A stretch of 64,000 nt of DNA from an uncultured delta proteobacterium (GCA_963704165.1 CAVPHD010000004.1:160001-224000); one strand, 5' to 3'; counted from the first letter of the stretch, positions 10,401-19,952 are shown. Notes: generated by a model not told the origin, from the letters alone. Numbers and translations are program-made.

Positions 10401-13400
10401 ACGGGTCCTTCGTCTACACGCCGGACGAGAACTTCAACGGCACCGACAGCTTCACGTACACGACGAGCGACGGAACCGTCTCGACCGCGGCGACGACGGT
10501 CACGATCACGATCGACGCGGTGAACGATGCGCCGGTCGCCGACGCCGGCCCGGACCTCGACGGCGTGGTCGGAACGTCGATCCCGCTCGACGCAACGGGC
10601 TCGTCCGACATCGACGGCGACACGCTGACCTATCTTTGGAGCTTCACGCAGGTCCCGACGGGCAGCGCCGCGGCGATCGTGGATCCGACCAGCGCGAGCG
10701 CGAGCTTCGTGCCCGACGCGTCCGGGCAGTTCACCGTGCAGCTCGTCGTGAACGACGGCACGGTCGACTCCGCGGCCGACACCGCGATCTTCCTGGTCAC
10801 GTTCTGCACCGACCTGACCGTCAACTGGGTGCCGAACGCGAGCGGGAACTGGAGCAACGGCGCGAACTGGAGCACGGGCAGCGTGCCCGGCCCCGGCGAC
10901 AACGCCTGCGTCGACGTCCCGGCCGACATCACCGTGACGCACGACTCGGGCGACGATTCGGTCGCGACCCTCGTCTCCGCCGAGAACCTGGTCCTCTCCG
11001 GCGGATCGCTCTCGCTCGCGGGTCCGTCCTTCGTGTACCGCTCGTTCACGCACGGCTTCGGCACGCTCGCGGGCGCGGGTAGCCTGACGGTGCGCGGGCT
11101 CTTCACGTGGTCTGGGGGCACTCAGGAAGGCCCGGGACAGACCCTGGGCGCAGGGGGGATTCTCCTCGACGGCAGCACGACGACGATGACGATGACGGGC
11201 CGCACGATCGTGAACGCGGCGGGACGGCTCGCGCTCTGGACGAACGGAGTGCTCGTCTTCAGCGAGGGCGGCGGCTTCGTGAACCAGGGCACGTTCCGCA
11301 CGGACTTCGACGGCGACTCGTTCTACACGTTCAACGGCGCGCGCAGCGTCTTCGCGAACACGGGCGCGATCGAGAAGACGGGCGGCCTGGGGACGTCGTC
11401 GCTCGCGTTCGCGCTCTCGGGCGGCGGCACGGCGACGTCGAGCAGCGGAACGCTCGCGTTCACGGGTGGCGGGACGAGCAGCACGGCGTTCACGGGTCCG
11501 GCGACGATCGGGTTCGCGGGTGCGTTCGGCTCGCCGCACGTCCTGTCCGGATCGATCTCGGTCGCGAACACGGTCTTCAGCGTCGGCGAGTCGGAGATCG
11601 ATGGCGCCTACAACGTGTCGGCCAGCACGACGCTTCGGGGTGTCGGGATCGCGAACTTCAACGCGGCGGCGACCGTCGGGAGTATCGGCGCGCTGACGAT
11701 CGAGGAGTCGAGCGCGGCGAATTTCAGCAGCGGGGAGGTGCCGGTCGCGAGCTCGTTCACGCAAACCAGCGGCGTGCTCACGGGCACGGACACGATCACG
11801 GTGACGGGCAGCATGAGCTGGGACGGCGGCGAGCAGCGCGGCCCGGGAACGACGGACGTGCGCAACGGCATGACGCTCGCGGGCACGACGAAGCAGCTGC
11901 TCGGCCGGACGATCGTGAACGCTCCGGGGCGGCTCGCGACCTGGACGGAGGGCACGATCCTGCTCGGCGAGGGCGGTGGGTTCGTGAACCAGGGCACGTT
12001 CCGCACGGACTTCGACGGCGACTCGTTCTACACGTTCAACGGCGCGCGCAGCGTCTTCGCGAACACGGGCGCGATCGAGAAGACGGGCGGCCTGGGGACG
12101 TCGTCGCTCGCGTTCGCGCTCTCGGGCGGCGGCACGGCGACGTCGAGCAGCGGAACGCTCGCGTTCACGGGTGGCGGGACGAGCAGCACGGCGTTCACGG
12201 GTCCGGCGACGATCGGGTTCGCGGGTGCGTTCGGCTCGCCGCACGTCCTGTCCGGATCGATCTCGGTCGCGAACATGGTCTTCAGCGTCGGCGAGTCGGA
12301 GATCGATGGCGCCTACAACGTGTCGGCCAGCACGACGCTTCGGGGTGTCGGGATCGCGAACTTCAACGCGGCGGCGACCGTCGGGAGTCTCGGCGCGCTG
12401 ACGATCGAGGAGTCGAGCGCGGCGAACTTCAGCAGCGGGGAGGTGCCGGTCGCGAGCTCGCTCACGCAAACCAGCGGCGTGCTCACGGGCACGGACACGA
12501 TCACGGTGACGGGCAGCATGAGCTGGGACGGCGGCGAGCAGCGCGGCCCGGGAACGACGGACGTGCGCAACGGCATGACGCTCGCGGGCACGACGAAGCA
12601 GCTGCTCGGCCGGACGATCGTGAACGCACCGGGGCGGCTCGCGACCTGGACGGAGGGCACGATCCTGCTCGGCGAGGGCGGCGGGTTCGTGAACCAGGGC
12701 ACGTTCCGCACGGACTTCGACGGCGACTCGTACTACACGTTCAACGGCGCGCGCAGCGTCTTCGCGAACACGGGCGTGATCGAGAAGACGGGCGGCCTGG
12801 GGACGTCGTCGCTCGCGTTCGCGCTCTCGGGCGGCGGCACGGCGACGTCGAGCAGCGGGACGCTCGCGTTCACGGGCGGAGGCACGAACAGCACGGCGTT
12901 CATGGGTCCCGCGACGATCGGGTTCGCGGGCGCGTTCGGCTCGCCGCACGTCCTGTCCGGATCGATCTCGGTCGCGAATGTGGTCTTCAGCGTCGGGGAG
13001 TCGGAGATCGATGGCGCCTACAACGTGTCGGCCAGCACGACGCTTCGGGGTGTCGGGATCGCGAACTTCAACGCGGCGGCGACCGTCGGGAGTATCGGCG
13101 CGCTGACGATCGAGGAGTCGAGCGCGGCGAACTTCAGCAGCGGAGAGGTGCCGGTCGCGAGCTCGCTCACGCAAACCAGCGGCGTGCTCACGGGCACGGA
13201 CACGATCACGGTGACGGGCAGCATGAGCTGGGACGGCGGCGAGCAGCGCGGCCCGGGAACGACGGACGTGCGCAACGGCATGACGCTCGCGGGCACGACG
13301 AAGCAGCTGCTCGGCCGGACGATCGTGAACGCACCGGGGCGGCTCGCGACCTGGACGGAGGGCACGATCCTGCTCGGCGAGGGCGGCGGGTTCGTGAACC

Positions 13401-13873
13401 AGGGCACGTTCCGCACGGACTTCGACGGCGACTCGTACTACACGTTCAACGGCGCGCGCAGCGTGTTCGCGAACTCGGGCATCTTCGAGAAGACGGGTGG
13501 CGGCGGGGCGACCCTGTTCGCATTCGCGTTCGACAACGTCGGTGTGCTCCGACCCGTCACTGGAACGCTCGATGTCGCGGGTGACTTCGTGCAGAGCGGA
13601 GCCGGTGCACTGGACATCGTGCTCTCGGGCGCGGGCGCTCCTGGAACGGACTACGACCAGGTCAATGTCGCGGGTGCATCGACTCTCGGTGGGGCGCTGA
13701 ACGTGAGTCTCTCGGGTGGCTTCGTTCCGGCGTCCGGTGACGCGTTCGAGATCATGACGTACGGCTCCGCCACCGGCGGATTCACGAGTCAGTCACTGCC
13801 GCCGCTTGGTGGCGGTCTGAGCTGGAACGTCTCGGTCGGGCCTGCGGCGGTCACGCTCAGCGTCGTTCCCTGA
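7430..13873 (+). CDS. Giant repetitive surface (lipo)protein/adhesin, paralog of 1..5619
   Basis: GTG at 7430 overlaps the upstream TGA. Hydrophobic stretch ending in lipobox-like IFGC. Same Big_9/PKD modules and beta-helix-like repeats. Ends LSVVP. Confidence 0.85.
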   Translation: MRPRVEVSFLGGRARFALGVVCQLSLVALAAYGIFGCTIAAPTDPEVPSCSDVPVTLSPGGCTNIEVELSQACPTVAWSYAHARFLFLTNDAFRGEYFVEGGAPFGSPVVETSLCAGEGLLSPFRIVSAEVWYLPPDFSPHDDYSITPVNLHVTLDPTRACARDLCVDASIDQSGPVPNQAQLSIVVDATEPYEVVWTADRVPSGITPGDETLEILDVTLSGETTYTATVTLTNLTPAGAVVSVSDSVTALFAGGNAPPIAVDDAYGVDEGGSLFVPVPGVLANDSDPESDALTVGVSVLPTNGTLTLNGDGSFVYTPTPGFNGEDSFSYIANDGTSDSNEATVTITVNPTGNQAPVGVPDAYAVGEDDTLVIDASMGVLANDTDGNGDPLTAALVDDVTNGALVLNPDGSFGYAPEPDWNGEDSFTYTASDGIATSAPVSVTLTVTSVNDPPVANAGSDVAVRVGAIAQIDGSGSSDPDGGPAPLSHAWTFILPLPAGSALTDADIAGANSAAASFTPDVVGRFTLNLWISDGADSANDQVDVLAGNAAPNAGPDEYALDEDGTLGVVAPGVLGNDSDAEGDPLTAVLVTGPSNGTLDLRADGSFDYAPAPDYNGDDSFTYRANDGDLDSADTTVTITVNPINDAPIAAADAYVTDEDVALDVPAVVGVLANDGDADSDVLSVALVDDVANGTLTLNPDGSFRYVPDANANGADGFTYTASDGVETTPPVAVEITVTPVPDPPLANAGPDVSVRVSRLASVDGSASSDPDTGAPLASFLWNFVPPLPAGSALTNADIAGATTALASFTPDVAGSFTLNLEVSNGVETASDQVNVLAGNSAPVANPDAYAVDEDSPLAIAAPGTLANDTDPEGDPLTAILSTGASNGALALDPNGSFLYTPAANSNGTDSFTYVANDGDLSGAPALVTITVRPVNDAPTSSADAYSVDEDTTLTVVPAQGVLSNDADIDADVLSATLVAGVANGSLALAANGSFVYTPDENFNGTDSFTYTTSDGTVSTAATTVTITIDAVNDAPVADAGPDLDGVVGTSIPLDATGSSDIDGDTLTYLWSFTQVPTGSAAAIVDPTSASASFVPDASGQFTVQLVVNDGTVDSAADTAIFLVTFCTDLTVNWVPNASGNWSNGANWSTGSVPGPGDNACVDVPADITVTHDSGDDSVATLVSAENLVLSGGSLSLAGPSFVYRSFTHGFGTLAGAGSLTVRGLFTWSGGTQEGPGQTLGAGGILLDGSTTTMTMTGRTIVNAAGRLALWTNGVLVFSEGGGFVNQGTFRTDFDGDSFYTFNGARSVFANTGAIEKTGGLGTSSLAFALSGGGTATSSSGTLAFTGGGTSSTAFTGPATIGFAGAFGSPHVLSGSISVANTVFSVGESEIDGAYNVSASTTLRGVGIANFNAAATVGSIGALTIEESSAANFSSGEVPVASSFTQTSGVLTGTDTITVTGSMSWDGGEQRGPGTTDVRNGMTLAGTTKQLLGRTIVNAPGRLATWTEGTILLGEGGGFVNQGTFRTDFDGDSFYTFNGARSVFANTGAIEKTGGLGTSSLAFALSGGGTATSSSGTLAFTGGGTSSTAFTGPATIGFAGAFGSPHVLSGSISVANMVFSVGESEIDGAYNVSASTTLRGVGIANFNAAATVGSLGALTIEESSAANFSSGEVPVASSLTQTSGVLTGTDTITVTGSMSWDGGEQRGPGTTDVRNGMTLAGTTKQLLGRTIVNAPGRLATWTEGTILLGEGGGFVNQGTFRTDFDGDSYYTFNGARSVFANTGVIEKTGGLGTSSLAFALSGGGTATSSSGTLAFTGGGTNSTAFMGPATIGFAGAFGSPHVLSGSISVANVVFSVGESEIDGAYNVSASTTLRGVGIANFNAAATVGSIGALTIEESSAANFSSGEVPVASSLTQTSGVLTGTDTITVTGSMSWDGGEQRGPGTTDVRNGMTLAGTTKQLLGRTIVNAPGRLATWTEGTILLGEGGGFVNQGTFRTDFDGDSYYTFNGARSVFANSGIFEKTGGGGATLFAFAFDNVGVLRPVTGTLDVAGDFVQSGAGALDIVLSGAGAPGTDYDQVNVAGASTLGGALNVSLSGGFVPASGDAFEIMTYGSATGGFTSQSLPPLGGGLSWNVSVGPAAVTLSVVP
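11276..13474 (+). repeat. Near-identical intragenic tandem repeat, about 3.1 x 705 bp (235 aa)
   Basis: ttcgtgaaccagggcacgttccgcacggac recurs at 11276, 11981, 12686 and 13391, exactly 705 bp apart, with only a few substitutions between units. Confidence 0.95.
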
Positions 13874-13925
13874 CGCTGATCTCAGGCGGCGTGACAAGCG
13901 CGGGGCCATCTGCTCGAATCTCGCC

Positions 13926-14732
13926 GTGCCGAACGAGTACCCGCCCCCGCAGCACATGACGCGCGACCTGCGCATGGTGATCGAACGCGACCTTGGCGGT
14001 GGCCGCGCGAGCATGCCGATCGTCCCCGAGATCCTCTCCGACCCGGGCGCGGTCTGCGCGGGCGCGCTGGCGACGCTGGTCGACGTCTACTGCGGCGGCC
14101 TCGCGCTCGACGTCGCGCATCCGAACTGGCTCGCGACGCTCGATCTCTCGCTCCACGTGCTGCGGCCGCTCGTGAAGGGGAACGTCGTCGCCCGCGGCTC
14201 GGTGCTGCGCGCGGGCCGCCAGACGGTGGTGCTCGAAGTTTCGCTCTCCGACGACGCGGGCACCGAGGCGGGATTGGCGACGATGACCTACGCGATCCTC
14301 GAGCGACGCCCGGACACACCGCAGTACGCGCGCGACTTCGCCCCGAAGCGAAGCGAGCTCGCGTTGCCCGGCTCGGGCCTCTCGGCGCCGTTCGCCGAGC
14401 AGATCGGCATCCGCGTCGTCGACGCGGCCGCGGGCCACGCCGAGCTCGAGATGCGCGACTACGTCGTGAACAGCCTCTCGGCGCTGCAAGGGGGCGCGGC
14501 GGCGACGCTCGTCGACGTCGCGAGCGCGGCCCTCGGTCGCGAGCTGCTCGGCAGGCCGGTCACGACGACCGATCTCGAAGTCCACTACCTGGCGCTGGGC
14601 AAGCTCTCCCCGATTCGCACGAACGCGCGCGTCCTGCTTTGCCAGGATCGGAGCGCTGCACTTCGGGTCGAGGTGCGCGAGTCCGGACCCGACGCGCGTC
14701 TGTGTTACGTCGCGACGACGCGCGTCGGCTGA
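13926..14732 (+). CDS. Double hotdog-fold PaaI-type thioesterase
   Basis: Two PaaI-like motifs: GAVCAGALATLVD...TLDLSLHVLRP and NSLSALQGGAAATLVD...TTDLEVHYL. Confidence 0.8.
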   Translation: MPNEYPPPQHMTRDLRMVIERDLGGGRASMPIVPEILSDPGAVCAGALATLVDVYCGGLALDVAHPNWLATLDLSLHVLRPLVKGNVVARGSVLRAGRQTVVLEVSLSDDAGTEAGLATMTYAILERRPDTPQYARDFAPKRSELALPGSGLSAPFAEQIGIRVVDAAAGHAELEMRDYVVNSLSALQGGAAATLVDVASAALGRELLGRPVTTTDLEVHYLALGKLSPIRTNARVLLCQDRSAALRVEVRESGPDARLCYVATTRVG

Positions 14733-14754
14733 ACCGGGGTCAGATTCCGCGCGC

Positions 14755-16311
14755 TCAGTACAGGTTCTGAGTCGCGGATGCCCCGACTTCGGCGGTGAGC
14801 CACTGGTCCGCTCGATCGGCGCGACAGCTGGCCGCGCGGCAGAAGATCGCGTTCATGATCTGCGCCCCGACCTGTGAGCCCGTCGTGTGCCAGCGCGGCG
14901 GCTGCACGACGAGCACCGCAATCGCCACCTTCGGACGGTCGGCGGGCGCGAGTCCGATGAACCATTCGTAGCGACCGGGGGGCGTCTTGCCCGAGAGGCT
15001 GCCCGTCTTCGCGGCGACGCCCATCGCCTTCAGGATCGGACGGCCGTACGAGGCGTGAAACGCTCGGCGCGCGGTGCCGCTCACGGTCGTCGAGATCATC
15101 ATCTTGCGAAGCTGCGTCGCGAGCGCCGGTGACAACACCGGAATCGGGGCGGTGACCTGGGGGAGAGCCAGGGGCTGGCCGTTCGCGTCGGTCACGCGTT
15201 CGATCCAGCGCGCCTTGCGGCGCTTGCCATCGACGAGCGTGGCTGCGATCTCCGCGGCGTGCAGGGCGGTGATCTGCAGGCCCGCGAGACCACTGCCGAG
15301 CTTGCCGAGCGCGTACTTGTCGCCGTGCGGATCGGCGGCCTGTCCGGCCTCGTGCCCGGGGCCCGGCCGCTGGAGCAGGCCGAATCGGCGGATGACGTCG
15401 AGCATCCGTCTCGCGCCGAGATCGTTCACGGCCAGCTGTGCGAAGCACTGGTTGTTCGACATCGCGAGCGCCCGCTCGAGCGTGACTTCCGTCCCGCGCC
15501 TGGGTGCGGCGACCCGCGCAGGCGTCAGGCGGTACGGATTGCCGACGTAGCGGCAGACCCGTTTCGCGACGCCGGGTACGCTCTCGAGGGCCGCCGCGGC
15601 CGTCACGACTTTCACCAGGGAAGCGGCCGGATAGACCTCGCCGGGCGGCAAGCGCTTCGAATCGGTTCCGGCGTAGGCGATGATGTTTCCGGTCGCAGGA
15701 TCGAGCACGACGGCGAGGCCGAGTCCCACGCGACCGCGTTCGAAAATGTCGTAGATCGCGCGCGTCAGCTCCAGGTCGAGCGTGTACTCGACACGGAGCT
15801 TCGAGGCCCCAGCCCCGCGTGCGACCACCTCGCGGACGCGCTCGCCCCGAGACGTGCGCGCGTTCGCGTTGCTGCCCGCAACGAGCCGTGGCAAGTCGGC
15901 TGCACCGATCGTCGGCAGCGGCACGGGCACCCGGGCGAGCACATCCGCGGGCACGCCGCGCGACTTCGCGCGCTCCGCGGTCGGAGCGGGGGCGACCGCT
16001 GGTGATTCCGCCGGCGGGGCTCGCGGGGGCAGGGGAGTGGGCAGCGCGGGCTCGAACGGATCGACGTCGGGTGCGGGTTCCTCCGCCGACTCCGGCCCGA
16101 ACGCGCTCACCTGGGGCATGCCCGCACTCGGATGCGATTCGGCGGAGGCGTCGGTGCCGACTCCGGCCAGCACGGTCCAGACCGCGATCCCCAGACAGCC
16201 GAGGCCGATGGCGATCGTGAGCTGTCCCCGCCGGAGCATCTGCCGCCGCGCGCGGCGCTCTCGTGCTGCGAGCCGCCGAGCGCCACGCAGGTCCCGCGAA
16301 TCTCCTCGCAA
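14755..16311 (-). CDS. Penicillin-binding protein, transpeptidase domain
   Basis: Catalytic motifs SxxK (AASLVK), SxN (MSNN) and KTG (AAKTGS). N-terminal TM followed by a Pro-rich linker. Start uncertain (TTG 16311 or ATG 16239). Confidence 0.85.
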   Translation of the reverse strand: MRGDSRDLRGARRLAARERRARRQMLRRGQLTIAIGLGCLGIAVWTVLAGVGTDASAESHPSAGMPQVSAFGPESAEEPAPDVDPFEPALPTPLPPRAPPAESPAVAPAPTAERAKSRGVPADVLARVPVPLPTIGAADLPRLVAGSNANARTSRGERVREVVARGAGASKLRVEYTLDLELTRAIYDIFERGRVGLGLAVVLDPATGNIIAYAGTDSKRLPPGEVYPAASLVKVVTAAAALESVPGVAKRVCRYVGNPYRLTPARVAAPRRGTEVTLERALAMSNNQCFAQLAVNDLGARRMLDVIRRFGLLQRPGPGHEAGQAADPHGDKYALGKLGSGLAGLQITALHAAEIAATLVDGKRRKARWIERVTDANGQPLALPQVTAPIPVLSPALATQLRKMMISTTVSGTARRAFHASYGRPILKAMGVAAKTGSLSGKTPPGRYEWFIGLAPADRPKVAIAVLVVQPPRWHTTGSQVGAQIMNAIFCRAASCRADRADQWLTAEVGASATQNLY

Positions 16312-16384
16312 CGACCATCCCCCCTCGTGCGTTTTAGCTTCGAGGGCGCGCGTGCGCCACGCGGTCGGGTAAGATGCGGCAAGA

Positions 16385-17173
16385 ATGCGCAGTCGGATAC
16401 GTCTCGCCGCGACTCTGGTGCTCCTGCTCCCGCTCTCCGTGGCCGCAGAAGACCCGGTCGGGGAGGTCCGCGACTGCCTGAATCGCAACGTTCCCAAGAA
16501 GTCGAGCGTGCAGATCGTCCACTTCAAAGCGGTCGATCGGATCGGCGGGCAGCGCGAGTTCCGCGCCAAGATGCTCGGTCTCCAGATGGCCGACGGCTCG
16601 CGCCGCGCGAAGCTCTGCATCACGCAGCCTGCCGAGATGCGCGGCTCCGAGATGCTCTCCATGGAGACACCCGACGGCGCCCCCGACAGCTTTCTGTTCA
16701 CTCCCGAGCTCCGGAAGGCCAAGCGGGTCACGGGCGAAGGCATGGGCGGGAGCGTGTTCGGAACCGACTTCACCTACGAGGACCTGCAGCGCTGGCAGCA
16801 GCTGAACCGGCCCGAGAGCCAGGAACGTCTGCCCGACACCGAGATCGACGGCCGACCGGTCTACGTGCTGATGAGCAAGCCCGTCGAGGGGACGGCGTCG
16901 TCGTACAGCAAGGTCGTGAGCTACGTGGACAAGCAGACCTGCGTGGTGATCAAGTCCGAATCGTTCGAGAACGGCGATCGCGTGCGCAAGCTGCTCACCG
17001 CGAATCCCGAGGACATGCTCGAAGACGCCGGAGTCCACGCACCGACGGAGGTCGTGATGAAGGACGTCCGGGACGAGACCCGGACCACGGTCGTCGTCGA
17101 AGATCTCGTGGTCGATGGCAAGATCGACGAGCGCAGCTTCCAGGTGAGCTCACTCGGGCGGCACTGCCGCTAG
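16385..17173 (+). CDS. Outer-membrane lipoprotein-sorting (LolA-like) protein
   Basis: Signal peptide. Motifs P.EMRG..ML, LFTPELRKAKRV and SVFGTDFTYEDL. This family is typically found next to MMPL genes. Confidence 0.8.
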   Translation: MRSRIRLAATLVLLLPLSVAAEDPVGEVRDCLNRNVPKKSSVQIVHFKAVDRIGGQREFRAKMLGLQMADGSRRAKLCITQPAEMRGSEMLSMETPDGAPDSFLFTPELRKAKRVTGEGMGGSVFGTDFTYEDLQRWQQLNRPESQERLPDTEIDGRPVYVLMSKPVEGTASSYSKVVSYVDKQTCVVIKSESFENGDRVRKLLTANPEDMLEDAGVHAPTEVVMKDVRDETRTTVVVEDLVVDGKIDERSFQVSSLGRHCR

Positions 17174-17210
17174 TGAGCGCCGCCGTGGGCTCCCTGCCGC
17201 GAGCGAGCAC

Positions 17211-19952
17211 TTGAAGCGGATCTTCCGGTTCGTCGCGCAGTGGCCGTGGCTGACGCTGCTCGCGATCGGAGTGCTGACCGCCGTCGCCGTCCATCCGCTC
17301 GTCGATCTCGAGAAGCGGCGTTTGCGCCCGCTCGACGTCGACATGTCGATGGACGGCTTGCTCCCCGACGACGCCGAGGAACGTCAGTTCTACGACTTCG
17401 CGCGCCGGGCGTTCGGCAGCAACGAGACGATGGTCGTCGCCTTCTCGAGCGACGACCTGTTCACGCACGACTCGCTCCAACGCATCTCGCGCATCACGAC
17501 CGAGATCGAGAAGCTCGACGGTGTCCACCACGCGATCTCGATCGCGAACGCCGCCAACGTCCGCGGCAACGAGGACGGAGTCGACATCCGCGCGTTCGTG
17601 AAGGACATCCCGACCGATCCCGCGGAGCTCGCCGGGCTGCGCCGCGAGGCGCTCGCGAATCCGATCTACGCCGGAAACCTGATCTCGGCCGACGGCCGGA
17701 CCGCGGCGATCGTCGTGCAGTTCCTGAACATCTCCGACCGCGAGTTCATCGCGAAGGGCCTCGACGCGGCCGTGCATCGCATCGCCCACGCGGAAGCGGG
17801 CGAGGCCGAGGTCTGGATCACCGGCGGCCCGCACATCCGGATCGCGCAGGCGAGGTACCTCGAGGCGAACCTCCTGCGCATCGCGCCGCTGATCCTGCTC
17901 GCGCTCGCGGTCGTGCTCGGGATCTCGTTCCGCACGGTGCGCGGTGTGATCCTGCCGCTTCTCAGCGTCTCGGCCGCGGTGCTCTGGACGCTCGGCGCCA
18001 TGGCGTGGCTGGGAAGACCGCTCACGCTGGTCACCTTCTTCGTTCCGGTCATGCTCCTGATCCTCGGCGTCGCCTACTCGGTGCACGTCGTCTCGGAGTT
18101 CTACGACACGCTGCGCGACGACGGGAAGATCAGCTCGCGAGACGCCGTCGAACACACGCTCTCGATCGTCTGGCTGGCGGTGGTCCTGGCCGGGCTCACG
18201 ACGGTCGCGGGGTTCCTCTCGAACGCGGTCTCGCCGATGGCCGCGCTCGTCGAGTTCGGCTGGACGATGGTCGTCGGCGTGCTCGCGACGCTGATCTCCG
18301 CGCTCACGCTCACCCCGGCGCTGCTCGCGGTGCTCGGTCGGCCGCGGCGCATCGCGGCGTCGGCAGACGTCAGCGAGCACGGCCTGTTCTCGCGTCTGAT
18401 CGGCCGGCTCGCCGCCTTCGACCTGCGCAACCGGCGCGCGATCTTCGTCGTCTGGGGCGTGATCGCCGTCGCCTCGTGCGTGCTCGCGACCCGGCTCGTC
18501 GTCGGCAGCGAGGGAATCCGCTCCCTGCCCGCAAGTTCCGAGGAGCGGCTCGACTTCGAGGCCGTGAACACGCATCTCGACGGGGCGAACGGCTTTCAGA
18601 TCGTGGTCGAGGCGAAGGAGAAGACCACCTTCAAGCAGCCCGCGAACCTGCGCGCGCTCGAGTCGCTTCAGGACTGGCTCGACTCCCAGCCCGAGATCGG
18701 CGGCACCCGGGGCCTCGTCGATTTCGTGAAGCTCCTGAATCGCGCGTTCCACGCCGACGATCCGGCGAAGTTCTCGGTGCCCGAGAACCAGCGGCTGGCC
18801 GGACAGCTCCTCTTCCTCGGCGCGAGCGACGAGCTCGAGGGCTACATCGACGCGCGCTACCAGCTGACCAACATCCAGGTTCGGACCACGATCATCGGCA
18901 GCAACGAGGTCGGTGAGCTCGTCGAGCGGATCGAGGCGCACATGGCCCGCCTGCCGCCGAACCTGAAGGGCCGCGTGACCGGAAACCAGGTTCTGATGGC
19001 CGGCGTCGTGGACGACCTGATCCTCGGTCAGCTGCAGAGCATTCTCACCTCGCTCCTGCTGATCTACGGGCTGCTCTGCGTGCTCTTCCTGTCCTGGACG
19101 CGCGGCATCTACGCGCTGGTTCCGAACGTGATTCCGATCGCCGTCTACTTCGGCGCGCTCGGCATCACCGGCATTCCGCTGAACCTGACCACCAGCATCA
19201 TCGCGCCGATGGCGCTCGGCGTCGCGATCGACGACACGATCCACTACTTCCTGCGCTTCAGCGCCGAAGCCAAGCGCCTCGCCGACGAAGAGAAGGGCAC
19301 CGTCGCCGTCCTGCACTCGGTCGGAAAGCCCGCGATCTTCTCCACGCTCTCGCTCGTGGCCGGATTTCTCGTGCTCTGCTTCAGCGACCTGACCTCGTAC
19401 CAGCAGGTCGGCGGGCTCGGCGGCTTCACGCTCGGCTTCGGCCTGCTCGTCGAGGTGACGCTCACGCCCGCGCTGTGCAGCGGGCTCCGCATCGTCACGC
19501 TCTGGGACACGCTGGGGCTCGATCTCGGCGAGGACCCGCAGGAGGCGATTCCCCTGTTCAAGGGGCTTTCGAAGCCGCAGTGCCGGATCGTCGCGCAGAT
19601 GGCGAGCCTGCGGGACATGCCCGAAGGCACGCCGCTCGCTCACATCGGCGACAACGAGCGCGAGATGTACGTGATCGTCGACGGCGTGGTTCGCGTCTGG
19701 AAGCCCGGCGACGGAGGACCGATCGAGCTCAACCGCTGCGGCCGCGGCGAGGTCGTCGGCGAGGTCGGGCTCTTCCACGGCGAGCGGAGCGCGAACATGG
19801 ACGTGGCATCGAAGGCGAGGCTCCTGCGTTTCACCCCGAATACGCTGCGGCGCCTGTCGCGACAGCGGCCGCGGATCGCCGCGGTGCTGCTGCGAAACCT
19901 GAACGAGATCCTCGCGCAGCGGCTCTCGAGGTCCACCGACCGCCTGCGCTAG
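17211..19952 (+). CDS. MMPL/RND family transporter fused to a C-terminal cyclic-nucleotide-binding domain
   Basis: Two RND halves with LGVAYSVH and ALGVAIDDTIHY motifs. C-terminal IPLFKGLS...EMYVIVDGVVRV...GEVVGEVGLF...RSAN matches the cNMP-binding fold. Confidence 0.88.
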   Translation: MKRIFRFVAQWPWLTLLAIGVLTAVAVHPLVDLEKRRLRPLDVDMSMDGLLPDDAEERQFYDFARRAFGSNETMVVAFSSDDLFTHDSLQRISRITTEIEKLDGVHHAISIANAANVRGNEDGVDIRAFVKDIPTDPAELAGLRREALANPIYAGNLISADGRTAAIVVQFLNISDREFIAKGLDAAVHRIAHAEAGEAEVWITGGPHIRIAQARYLEANLLRIAPLILLALAVVLGISFRTVRGVILPLLSVSAAVLWTLGAMAWLGRPLTLVTFFVPVMLLILGVAYSVHVVSEFYDTLRDDGKISSRDAVEHTLSIVWLAVVLAGLTTVAGFLSNAVSPMAALVEFGWTMVVGVLATLISALTLTPALLAVLGRPRRIAASADVSEHGLFSRLIGRLAAFDLRNRRAIFVVWGVIAVASCVLATRLVVGSEGIRSLPASSEERLDFEAVNTHLDGANGFQIVVEAKEKTTFKQPANLRALESLQDWLDSQPEIGGTRGLVDFVKLLNRAFHADDPAKFSVPENQRLAGQLLFLGASDELEGYIDARYQLTNIQVRTTIIGSNEVGELVERIEAHMARLPPNLKGRVTGNQVLMAGVVDDLILGQLQSILTSLLLIYGLLCVLFLSWTRGIYALVPNVIPIAVYFGALGITGIPLNLTTSIIAPMALGVAIDDTIHYFLRFSAEAKRLADEEKGTVAVLHSVGKPAIFSTLSLVAGFLVLCFSDLTSYQQVGGLGGFTLGFGLLVEVTLTPALCSGLRIVTLWDTLGLDLGEDPQEAIPLFKGLSKPQCRIVAQMASLRDMPEGTPLAHIGDNEREMYVIVDGVVRVWKPGDGGPIELNRCGRGEVVGEVGLFHGERSANMDVASKARLLRFTPNTLRRLSRQRPRIAAVLLRNLNEILAQRLSRSTDRLR

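Noticed and set aside
11276..13474. CRISPR array or mobile-element repeats
   Set aside because: The units are 705-bp in-frame coding repeats with no spacers. No cas, transposase or integrase gene was seen anywhere in the window.
12..13584. Very long Arg-rich alternative-frame and antisense ORFs (12..2999, 1810..4599, 7685..13174, 7924..11082, 11107..13584)
   Set aside because: These are shadow ORFs caused by high GC3 codon bias in the real adhesin genes, and they have no recognisable motifs.
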